Of a DNA stretch of 40,275 nucleotides, positions 1 to 9,894 are shown piece by piece (positions within the stretch are counted from its first letter, which is position 1; every line of letters starts with the position of its first letter). The position numbers were made by a program, and so were the translations under genes. The stretch spans positions 1-40,275 of the forward strand of contig JBBRGF010000003.1 in assembly GCA_038240975.1 (NCBI GenBank). Direction: 5' to 3'. The notes under the pieces are model-generated. The model saw only the letters and a list, made by a program, of their open reading frames with translations. It was not told the origin of the DNA and ran no database searches. The stretch is from Gemmatimonadales bacterium (GTDB lineage: Bacteria; Gemmatimonadota; Gemmatimonadetes; Gemmatimonadales; GWC2-71-9).

Positions 1-1882
1 CAACGCCCTTGAAAACGACCACTCGCACGCGGTGAACGGCAGCCTCACCTCGCTGTTCAGCTCGTCGCTGTCCAACGAGTTCCGCTTCCAGTGGGCCCGC
101 GAGGACCGGCCACGGCCATACGACGGCCCGATCAACCCCGCGACCGGCCGGCCCTTCCCGGACACCGACATCGGCTTCGTCGGGCCCGACGGATTCTCCG
201 CCTACCGGATCGGCATGCCGTTCTTCATCCCGGTGGACGCGCATGACTACCGGTTGCAGTTCCTGGACAACGTCTCCATTCTGCGCGGCAATCATCTGTT
301 CAAGGTCGGCGCCGAGTGGAACCGCACCGGCGTGAACCAGACCTTCCGCGGCGTCGGCAACGGGCGGATCGCATTCACTTCGGTGGACGGCTTCCTCAAC
401 TACGTCGCCAACGGCAACGGCTACGTCGAGTGCGCCGACGACATCTCCCAGGCGCCGACCCCGAGCCAGACGACCGGCGCCTGCCCCGCGGGCGAGCACA
501 TCACCGGTCCCGTGGCGCTCTACCTGCAGCAGGCCGGCATCGGCGGGCTCACGGTGGACGAATCGGGCACCCAGACGATCATCCAGAACGAGCTGGCCCT
601 CTTCCTCCAGGACAGCTGGAAGCCGCGGTCGAACCTGACCGTGAACTACGGCCTGCGCTGGGAGGCGCAGATCGAGCCCAGCCTGATCACGCCGGTGGCC
701 GACCTGTTCTACGCGCCGTTCATCGGGCAGAGCGTGACCAACGCGGTGGGCACGTTCGAGTTCCCCGGCGACGGCACGATTCCGAGCGATTACAAGATGT
801 TCCAGCCGCGGCTGGGCATCGCCTACGACGTCAAGGGCGACGGCAAGCAGGTGGTGCGGGCCAACGCGGGCATCTACTACGCCCGCGTTCCCGGCCTCAA
901 CCTCGCGAGCAGCCGGAGCACCGACGGCTCGCGCGGTCAGTCGCTCTTTCGGAACAGCGCCCTCACCGGCATTCTGGGCGCCCCGCCCGACTGGGGCGAG
1001 CTGCTCCCGAGCCCGGCGGGCGGCCCGTTCGATCCCGACGTCTACGTGTTCGACAAGGACTTCCAGAACCCCCGGACATTCAGCGCGACGCTGGCGTTCG
1101 AGCGCGAGCTAATCCCGGGGCTGGCGGGCTCGGTGAGCTACACTCACGCCCGCACCGACCACCTCACCCGCTTCTTCAACGCCAACGACGCGGTGTTCGG
1201 CCTCCCGTGGCGTACCGGGCTGGCCGACGGCAACGGCATCGGCCAGTTGTTCGTCGTCCAGAGCACCGCCAAGTCGCGCTACAACGGCCTCACCGCGGAG
1301 CTGACGCGGACGCTGAGCAGGACGCTGCAGTTCCAGGTGAACTACACGCTGTCGTTCGACAAGTCGGATGACGACAACGAGCGCGATCCGTTCACCTTCC
1401 GCTACGCGCGGGCCGACTCCCTCCAGCGGGAGTACGGCTACAGCGACCGCGACCAGAGGCACCGCTTCAATGCCTGGCTTCTCGCCGTCCTGCCCGGCGA
1501 CATCTATGTCAACAACCGGGTCAGCGCGTATTCGGCGCAGCCGGTGTCCGAGGCCTGCGGCGCCAACAATCAGGGCACCGGGCAGCGCGCCAATCCGGCC
1601 GACCCGACGCAGGATCGCGTGTGCCCCGACGGCCACATTCTGCAGAGGAATACGATTCGGAAGGACAACGCGTACTTCTCGTGGGATATCCGGCTGTCGA
1701 AGCCGTTCAATCTCGGACGGCAGGGGACCTTCGAGGTGATCGCCGAAGTATTCAACGTCACCAACAGTGACAACTTCCGGGATCCGTCTGCAGCGGGGGT
1801 GTTCCTCAACTTCGACGGCACGCTTCGAAGCGGACTGGGCGAGCCGCGGCAGTTCCAGGTGGGCGGCCGGTATCTCTTCTAG
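1..1882 (+). CDS. TonB-dependent receptor, Oar-like (5' end outside window)
   Basis: Frame is open from the window start. Motifs LFLQDSWK..NLTVNYGLRWE, FQPRLGIAYD and SRYNGLTAEL, with C-terminal PRQFQVGGRYLF (terminal Phe of OM barrels). Confidence 0.9.
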   Translation, partial: NALENDHSHAVNGSLTSLFSSSLSNEFRFQWAREDRPRPYDGPINPATGRPFPDTDIGFVGPDGFSAYRIGMPFFIPVDAHDYRLQFLDNVSILRGNHLFKVGAEWNRTGVNQTFRGVGNGRIAFTSVDGFLNYVANGNGYVECADDISQAPTPSQTTGACPAGEHITGPVALYLQQAGIGGLTVDESGTQTIIQNELALFLQDSWKPRSNLTVNYGLRWEAQIEPSLITPVADLFYAPFIGQSVTNAVGTFEFPGDGTIPSDYKMFQPRLGIAYDVKGDGKQVVRANAGIYYARVPGLNLASSRSTDGSRGQSLFRNSALTGILGAPPDWGELLPSPAGGPFDPDVYVFDKDFQNPRTFSATLAFERELIPGLAGSVSYTHARTDHLTRFFNANDAVFGLPWRTGLADGNGIGQLFVVQSTAKSRYNGLTAELTRTLSRTLQFQVNYTLSFDKSDDDNERDPFTFRYARADSLQREYGYSDRDQRHRFNAWLLAVLPGDIYVNNRVSAYSAQPVSEACGANNQGTGQRANPADPTQDRVCPDGHILQRNTIRKDNAYFSWDIRLSKPFNLGRQGTFEVIAEVFNVTNSDNFRDPSAAGVFLNFDGTLRSGLGEPRQFQVGGRYLF

Positions 1883-1980
1883 GGGCTACGTCCGTCTCAA
1901 AGAGACAAGGAAATCACGGCGGGGGGCAGGTCCCACCGGCGCGAGCTGGTCCCTGACCAGGTGAGCAGAACCCCGCCGCG

Positions 1981-2646
1981 TCAGAACGTCAACGCCAGAA
2001 CCAGCCCGAACGAGCGGTTTCGCACATCGGTGGCGTCCAGAATCGATCGCAGACCGGCGGTGTAGCGCGCCTCGAGGGCCAGCGCCGACTGGGGCCAGCG
2101 TACTTCCATGCCTGCGCCGGCCACGACACCCACATCGAACGTGCGGAACAGCGAGAATTCCGCCTCACCGCAGGTCGAGCGGGTCGACTGGTCCGCTGCG
2201 ATGAACTGAAAGTCGCACCCGATCTGCACACTCGGCGCGGGTCCGGCGAACAGCAACGGCCTGAAGCGCCGGCGGGTCAGCACGAACTTGGCCAGCAGGG
2301 GCATTTCGAGGTAGGCCAGCTCGATGTCGAGGAGGGCAGTGCCGGTCTGGGTTCGGCCACCCTTGAGGGAGAAAAGCAGCTCGGGGCGAAAGCTGAGGTG
2401 TCCGGAGAGGGGCGCCTGAAGGAACACACCGGTGAGTGACCCTTGGCGGCTCTGGAGCTGCTGCGCCTCGGCTCCGACCAGATCGCTGCGGGAATAACCC
2501 ACCATCGCGCCAACCGCTGGGCGCGGACGCCGCTGGCCGCGTTGTGTCGAGTCAGTCCCGGCGGTGTCGGCCTGCGCCGCCGCCGCACGGGCGTACAAAA
2601 CAACCAAGACCACCGAAACAGCCAGCACGCTGCGCAGTGGCGGCAT
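1981..2646 (-). CDS. Outer-membrane beta-barrel / porin-family protein
   Basis: Signal peptide ending AAAQA; LSFRPELLFSLKG, YLEMPLLAK, LEARYTAGL; terminal F. Confidence 0.75.
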   Translation of the reverse strand: MPPLRSVLAVSVVLVVLYARAAAAQADTAGTDSTQRGQRRPRPAVGAMVGYSRSDLVGAEAQQLQSRQGSLTGVFLQAPLSGHLSFRPELLFSLKGGRTQTGTALLDIELAYLEMPLLAKFVLTRRRFRPLLFAGPAPSVQIGCDFQFIAADQSTRSTCGEAEFSLFRTFDVGVVAGAGMEVRWPQSALALEARYTAGLRSILDATDVRNRSFGLVLALTF

Positions 2647-2649
2647 GAT

Positions 2650-2898
2650 CTACGGCCGCGAGAATTTCTCGCCCGGTGTGAGCTCGTCTTTGTGCGCCCG
2701 CACGGCCTCCATCGCGAACGGGTCCAGCCCTTCTCCGCCGGCAGCGTCGAGATGCTTCATCAGCGCCGAGCGCATTCGTGGATCCCAAGAGCGGCGGATG
2801 TGCCTGGCCACGCTTGCGAGCGCTTCGTCGCGATCGGCGTAAGCCTCGTAGAAGCGGGCGATCTGATTCGCCATTGCCACAAGGTGCTCGACGTTCAT
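2650..2898 (-). CDS. fdsD: NAD-dependent formate dehydrogenase delta subunit
   Basis: 82 aa, LVAMANQIARFY..HIRRSWDPRMR; its ATG overlaps the fdsA TGA (ATGA). The longer ORF in the track is an upstream extension. Confidence 0.9.
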   Translation of the reverse strand: MNVEHLVAMANQIARFYEAYADRDEALASVARHIRRSWDPRMRSALMKHLDAAGGEGLDPFAMEAVRAHKDELTPGEKFSRP

Positions 2899-5738
2899 GC
2901 GCGCTGGCGCGCGTCGAGCAGCCCGAGCTGCTGGTCGGTGAATTTCTTGAATCGCGACTGCCACTCCGAGGAGTGGAACACCGGCATCACCTGCACCGCG
3001 GTGACCTTGTATTCCGGGCAGTTGGTGGCCCAGTCCGAATTCTCGGTGGTGATGACGTTGGCGCCCGACTCGGGGTGGTGGAACGTGGTGTACACGACCC
3101 CCGGCTGGACCCGATCGGTAATGCGAGACCTGAGCGTGGTCTCGCCGGCCCGGCTCACGACGCCCACCCACTCGCCGTCCTTGATACCCCGCTCCTCGGC
3201 GTCGTGCGGGTGGATCTCGAGCCGGTCTTCGTCGTGCCACTGTACGTTGTCGGTTCGGCGCGTCTGGGCACCGACGTTGTACTGCGACAGAATCCGCCCG
3301 GTCGTGAGAAGCAGCGGGTACTTGCGGTTGACCTTCTCCTCCGTGGCCACGTATTCGGTCAGCAGGAACTTGCCCTTGCCGCGGATGAATGCCTCGCGGT
3401 GCAGGACCGGGGTGCCCTCCGGGGTTGCGTCGTTGCACGGCCACTGAATGCTGCCGAGCCGATCGAGCTTCTCGTAGCTGACCCCGGCAAACGTCGGAGT
3501 GAGCTGCGCGATCTCATCCATGATCTCCGACGGGTGCTTGTACGGCATCGGGTAGCCGAGCGCGTTGCTCAGGTCGCAGGTGATCTCCCAGTCTTCCTTG
3601 CCGCCGAGCGGCTCCGTCACCTTCCTGACCGGCGAGATCCGCCGCTCGGAATTGGTGAAGGTTCCGTTCTTCTCGAGGAAGGAGCTACCCGGAAGGAAGA
3701 CGTGGGCAAACTTGGCCGTCTCGTTCAGGAAGAGATCCTGCACGACGATGCACTCCATGGCCGAGAGGGCCGAGGTGACGTGCTGGGTATTGGGGTCGGA
3801 TTGGGCGATGTCCTCACCCTCGAGGTACAGGCCCTTGAAGCTGCCGTCGAGCGAGGCATCGAACATGTTGGGAATCCGGAGGCCCGGCTCGGGGTCGAGA
3901 GGCACCTTGTACGCCGCCTCGAAGAGCGCGCGCGTGGTGTCGTCGAGCACGTGGCGGTACCCGGAGAACTCGTGCGGAAACGAGCCCATGTCGCACGAGC
4001 CCTGCACGTTGTTCTGCCCGCGAAGCGGATTCACGCCCACACCTTCGCGCCCCAGGTTGCCCGTGGCCATCGCCAGGTTGGCGATGCCGATGACCATTGT
4101 CGAACCCTGGCTGTGCTCGGTGACGCCGAGACCGTAATAGATGGCCGCGTTGCCACCGGTGGCGTACAGCCGGGCGGCGGCCCGCACCTCGGCGGCGGGG
4201 ACGCCGGTGATGTCCTCGCTGGACTCGGGCGAATGCTCGGGCCGCGCCACGAATTCCTTCCATTGCTCGTAACTGTCCACCTCGCACCGCGCCCGCGCGA
4301 ACTCCTCATCGGTCAGCCCTTCGGTGACCACGACGTGGGCCAGCGCGTTGATGAGTGCCACGTTGGTGCCGGGACGCAGCTTGAGGTGGTACTCAGCCTC
4401 CACATGCGGCGTGCGAACCAAGTCGATCTTCCGCGGGTCGGCCACGATGAGTCTGGCTCCTTCGCGGAGCCGGCGCTTCATGAACGACGCGAAGACGGGG
4501 TGACCGTCGGTCGGGTTGGCCCCGATGACCATGACCACGTCGGTGTGCTTGATCGAATCGAAGTCCTGGGTACCCGCCGATTCGCCGATCGTCGATTTCA
4601 GTCCGAATCCGGTTGGCGAGTGGCAGACCCGCGCGCAGGTGTCGATGTTGTTGTTGCCGAACGCGGCGCGCACCAGCTTCTGCATCAGATACGTCTCCTC
4701 GTTCGTGCAGCGCGACGAGGAAATGGCGCCGACCGAGCCGCGGCCGTACTCCCGCTGGAGCCGCTTGAACTCACTCGCCGCGTAGCCGATGGCCTCCTCC
4801 CAGCTGACCTCCCGCCAGGGATCGGTGATCTTCTTCCTGATCATCGGCTTGGTGATGCGATCCTTGTGCGTGGCGTAGCCCCAGGCGAAGCGCCCCTTCA
4901 CGCACGAGTGGCCATGATTCGCTCCGCCGTTCTTGTACGGCGTCATCCGCACGACCTGCGAGCCCTTCATCTCCGCCTCGAAAGCACAGCCCACGCCGCA
5001 GTAGGCGCAGGTCGTGATGACGCTCCGGTCGGGCGTACCGTTCTCGACGACGCTGTTGTCCATGAGCGTGGCCGTGGGGCAGGCCTGCACGCAGGCGCCG
5101 CACGAGACGCACTCGGATTCCATGAACGGCTCGAGCTGGCTGGGCGAGACCACCGAGTCGAAACCGCGGCCGTCGATCGTCAGTGCGAACGTCCCCTGAA
5201 CCTCTTCGCAGGCGCGGACGCAGCGCGAGCAGACGATGCACTTGCTTGGATCGAACGTGAAATAGGGGTTGGAGGTGTCCTTGGGAGACTTGAGATGGTT
5301 CTTGCCCTCGAAACCGTAGCGCACCTCGCGGAGCCCCACCGCGCCGGCCACGTCCTGCAGCTCGCAGTCGCCGTTGGCCGAACAGGTCAGGCAGTCGAGA
5401 GGATGATCCGAGATATACAGCTCCATGACGCCGCGCCTGATGTCGGCGAGCCGGGGCGTCTGGGTCCGCACCTGCATGCCGTTCTCCACCGTCGTGGTAC
5501 ACGAGGCGGGAAAGCCCTTGCGGCCCTCGATCTCCACCAGACAGATCCGGCACGACCCGAACGCCTCGAGGTTGTCGGTGGCGCAGAGCTTCGGAATGGC
5601 GACACCCAGCTCGGCGGCGGCCCGCATGAGCGACGTGCCCTCGGGCACCGACACCGGCCTGCCGTCGATGGTGAGCGTGACAGTCCGCGCAGAGACCCGC
5701 GCCGGCGTCCCGTAGTCGATATCGGAGATAGCGGTCAT
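2895..5738 (-). CDS. fdsA: Formate dehydrogenase alpha subunit (Mo-bisPGD, Fe-S, Cys-ligated)
   Basis: N-terminal 2Fe-2S/4Fe-4S motifs (CRIC, HPLDCLTC, CIVCSRC, CVSCGAC), CAYCGVGC, active site CARVCHSPT, LRGQNNVQG. Confidence 0.95.
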   Translation of the reverse strand: MTAISDIDYGTPARVSARTVTLTIDGRPVSVPEGTSLMRAAAELGVAIPKLCATDNLEAFGSCRICLVEIEGRKGFPASCTTTVENGMQVRTQTPRLADIRRGVMELYISDHPLDCLTCSANGDCELQDVAGAVGLREVRYGFEGKNHLKSPKDTSNPYFTFDPSKCIVCSRCVRACEEVQGTFALTIDGRGFDSVVSPSQLEPFMESECVSCGACVQACPTATLMDNSVVENGTPDRSVITTCAYCGVGCAFEAEMKGSQVVRMTPYKNGGANHGHSCVKGRFAWGYATHKDRITKPMIRKKITDPWREVSWEEAIGYAASEFKRLQREYGRGSVGAISSSRCTNEETYLMQKLVRAAFGNNNIDTCARVCHSPTGFGLKSTIGESAGTQDFDSIKHTDVVMVIGANPTDGHPVFASFMKRRLREGARLIVADPRKIDLVRTPHVEAEYHLKLRPGTNVALINALAHVVVTEGLTDEEFARARCEVDSYEQWKEFVARPEHSPESSEDITGVPAAEVRAAARLYATGGNAAIYYGLGVTEHSQGSTMVIGIANLAMATGNLGREGVGVNPLRGQNNVQGSCDMGSFPHEFSGYRHVLDDTTRALFEAAYKVPLDPEPGLRIPNMFDASLDGSFKGLYLEGEDIAQSDPNTQHVTSALSAMECIVVQDLFLNETAKFAHVFLPGSSFLEKNGTFTNSERRISPVRKVTEPLGGKEDWEITCDLSNALGYPMPYKHPSEIMDEIAQLTPTFAGVSYEKLDRLGSIQWPCNDATPEGTPVLHREAFIRGKGKFLLTEYVATEEKVNRKYPLLLTTGRILSQYNVGAQTRRTDNVQWHDEDRLEIHPHDAEERGIKDGEWVGVVSRAGETTLRSRITDRVQPGVVYTTFHHPESGANVITTENSDWATNCPEYKVTAVQVMPVFHSSEWQSRFKKFTDQQLGLLDARQRA

Positions 5739-5751
5739 GATCAGGTCCTCG

Positions 5752-7325
<1,574 letters not shown>

Positions 7326-7329
<4 letters not shown>

Positions 7330-7802
7330 CGCGCCTCCTGCAACGTTTCGATGATGGCATCGAGGCGCTCGGGTGAGACGAGCCCGTAGATATTCCTGTC
7401 TACCATGACGGCCGGAGAGAGGGCGCAGTTGCCGAGACAGTATACCGGTTCCAGCGTCACCGAGCCATCGGAGCTGGTGCCGTGAAGCTCGACGCCGAGG
7501 CGCTCCCTGGCGTGCGCGAGGAGCGCGTCGGCGCCGACGGCCTGACACGACTCCGCCCGGCACACGTGCATCACATGGCGACCGGGCGGCTCGGAGCGGA
7601 AGTCGTGGTAAAAGGAGACGACCCCGCTGACCTCGGCTCGGGAGAGATTCAAGCTGTTGGCGATGACCGGCACGGCCTCGGGCGGGACGAATCCGACCTC
7701 TTCCTGGATCGCGTGGAGGATCGGCAGCAAACCGCCAGGCATGGTGCGCAGCCGGGCGAGCACAGTGTCGACCTTGTCGATCCAGCTTGCGCGATCAATC
7801 AT
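7326..7802 (-). CDS. fdsG: Formate dehydrogenase gamma subunit (NuoE-like 2Fe-2S)
   Basis: LLPILHAIQEEVG, NLSRAEVSGVVSFYHDF, CRAESC, CLGNCALSP; start position is approximate. Confidence 0.92.
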
Positions 7803-7904
7803 CGGATTCTTCAGCCCAATTGCCCACGGATCCTCCCCGGTTCCCCGGCCTTCCGAAAGCTGGCAGGCGACGCAACAGCGCGCCAATTCACCAGTTAAAT
7901 TAGC

Positions 7905-7923
7905 TGATAGAGGGCATCTATCA
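7905..7923. promoter_or_regulatory. Putative LysR (FdsR-like) binding palindrome between divergent fdsG and fdhD
   Basis: TGATAGA-GGGCA-TCTATCA perfect inverted repeat containing a T-N11-A core, in an AT-rich intergenic patch. Confidence 0.65.
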
Positions 7924-8003
7924 ATCTGGCTCCAGGTTCCTGCCGATGCAGTAACTTAAGGCTATCCCTCCTGAGCGGGTATGCACTTCTGAAGGAGACT
8001 GAC

Positions 8004-8861
8004 ATGACGGGCGCAAACGCCGAGCGGCTCCGCGATCCTATGGGACTGCACCGCCTGGGCTACACGGACTCTCTTCTCGATTGTCCCACCGTTCGGTGGG
8101 AGGGGGAGATCCGCACCGAGCAGGAGGAGCAGATCGTCGAGGAAACCCCGGTCGCGATCGTCTACAACGGCATCCCGCATGTCGTGATGATGGCCACGCC
8201 CACCGATCTCGAAGACTTTACTCTCGGATTCAGCATGACCGAGGAGCTGATCCAATCACCCGCGGACCTCGAGCGCCTGGAGATCGTACGCTACAGTAGA
8301 GGGGTGGAGATTCAGGCGACGGTGGCGGCCCGTTGCGCGGAGGTAATAGCCGGGCGGACGCGACGCCTCACGGGCCGGACCGGTTGTGGGATCTGCGGCG
8401 CCGACGGCGTGGATGCGGTGCTGAAGGAAATCCATCCGGTGACCGGCAAGGCGCCCATCCCGGTATCGGCGGTGCAGAAGGCGCTCGATGCCCTGGCCGC
8501 CAACCAGCCGCTCAATGCGGCGAGCGGCGCGGTGCACGCCGCGGGCTGGGCGCGCGCCGACGGCACGCTGGAGTTGATGCGAGAAGACGTGGGTCGCCAC
8601 AACGCCCTGGACAAGCTGGTGGGCGCCGCCATGACCGCACGAGTGGATGCCAAGGAGGGATTTGCCGTAGTCACCAGCAGGGCGAGCTTCGAGATGGTGC
8701 AGAAGGCCGCCGTCCTCGGCGCCCCTCTTCTGGCCGCTATCTCCGGGCCGACGGGATTGGCGGTCAGGGTGGCCCGGCAATCCGGTCTCACCTTGGTGGG
8801 CTTCGCCCGCCGCGGACGGCTCACCGTCTACACTCACCCCGAACGCGTCGTCGCTGGTTAG
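8004..8861 (+). CDS. fdhD: Formate dehydrogenase accessory sulfurtransferase FdhD/FdsC
   Basis: EETPVAIVYNG, VMMATP, CGICG, EDVGRHNALDKL, TSRASFEMVQK; AAGGAG RBS. Confidence 0.95.
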   Translation: MTGANAERLRDPMGLHRLGYTDSLLDCPTVRWEGEIRTEQEEQIVEETPVAIVYNGIPHVVMMATPTDLEDFTLGFSMTEELIQSPADLERLEIVRYSRGVEIQATVAARCAEVIAGRTRRLTGRTGCGICGADGVDAVLKEIHPVTGKAPIPVSAVQKALDALAANQPLNAASGAVHAAGWARADGTLELMREDVGRHNALDKLVGAAMTARVDAKEGFAVVTSRASFEMVQKAAVLGAPLLAAISGPTGLAVRVARQSGLTLVGFARRGRLTVYTHPERVVAG

Positions 8862-8869
8862 ATCTGCGG

Positions 8870-9775
8870 TCAGGCGGCCCCGGATACCGGAGACCAGTCC
8901 AGTCCGCCAAGGCTGTCGAGCAGGGCCGTAACGGTAGGTGGAGGGGGATCGCGATCCGATATGACCAATCCCACGGTGTGAGCGGCAGCCGGCCCTTCCA
9001 GCGGAATGATGGATATGCCCTCCGCGCCCGAGAGCATCGGCAAGAACCCATGCGCCAGCACGCTCGACCAGTAGCCTGAGCGCACCAGCGCGCACAGGGC
9101 CAACACCGAGTTCGTCTCGAGAGCGGGCTTGGCCTCCGCTCCGGCTTCCGCGAAGTGCGCGTTCAGGATTCGCCGGTTCTGCATGTCACCGGTGAGAAGG
9201 CACAACGGCAGGGTCGAAGCCTCGCGCCAGGTAACACGGGCCCGCTCCGACAGCTCTCCTCCTCCGGGCGTGATCAGGAGGTATTGCTCGCGGTACAGCG
9301 GGATGGTTCGCACGTGGGAGAGCGGCTCGTTATCGAGGTAGGTGATACCTGCCTCGAGCCTGAACTCGTCGAGTCCGGCCTGGATGTCTATGGAAGTCGA
9401 CGACAGTACGGTCAGCGTTACGCCGGGGTGGCGCAGCACGAGCGGCGAAGCCAGAATCGGCACGGCGGGAAGCGCCGCGGGTACCACGCCGAGGCGAAGG
9501 CGCCCGACGAGGCCCTGGCGCAGGCGGCTGGCCTCCTGCTCCAGGCTCTCCGCGTCGGCGGTGATCCGTTGGGCCCAGGCCAGCACCTGCTCGCCTTCGG
9601 CGGTCAGCCCCTCGAATCGCTGGCTCCGCTGCACGACCAGCAGCCCGAGCTGTTCCTCGAGTTGCTTGATGCCCGCGGAGAGGGTGGGCTGAGTCACCTT
9701 GCAGGCAGCGGCCGCCCGGGCAAAGTGGCGCTCCCTGGCGAGCACGGTGAGGTACTGCAGATGCCTGAGGAGCAT
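8870..9775 (-). CDS. LysR-family transcriptional regulator (probable fds regulator)
   Basis: HFARAAAACKVTQPTLSAGIKQLE HTH, 301 aa, formate dehydrogenase context. Confidence 0.9.
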   Translation of the reverse strand: MLLRHLQYLTVLARERHFARAAAACKVTQPTLSAGIKQLEEQLGLLVVQRSQRFEGLTAEGEQVLAWAQRITADAESLEQEASRLRQGLVGRLRLGVVPAALPAVPILASPLVLRHPGVTLTVLSSTSIDIQAGLDEFRLEAGITYLDNEPLSHVRTIPLYREQYLLITPGGGELSERARVTWREASTLPLCLLTGDMQNRRILNAHFAEAGAEAKPALETNSVLALCALVRSGYWSSVLAHGFLPMLSGAEGISIIPLEGPAAAHTVGLVISDRDPPPPTVTALLDSLGGLDWSPVSGAA

Positions 9776-9894
9776 GAGCCTCCCGCAATCTCACCGCCCG
9801 GCGGGGAGGGTGCAACGTGTTGCCGCTCACCGCCCCTGGGGCCCGGTGGCCGCACCTTGGCGGAAAGAGATCACCAATACGCGAGGATTCGATC

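Noticed and set aside
4600-4660. Selenocysteine in FdsA
   Set aside because: The active site is read as Cys (CARVCH) in an uninterrupted ORF.
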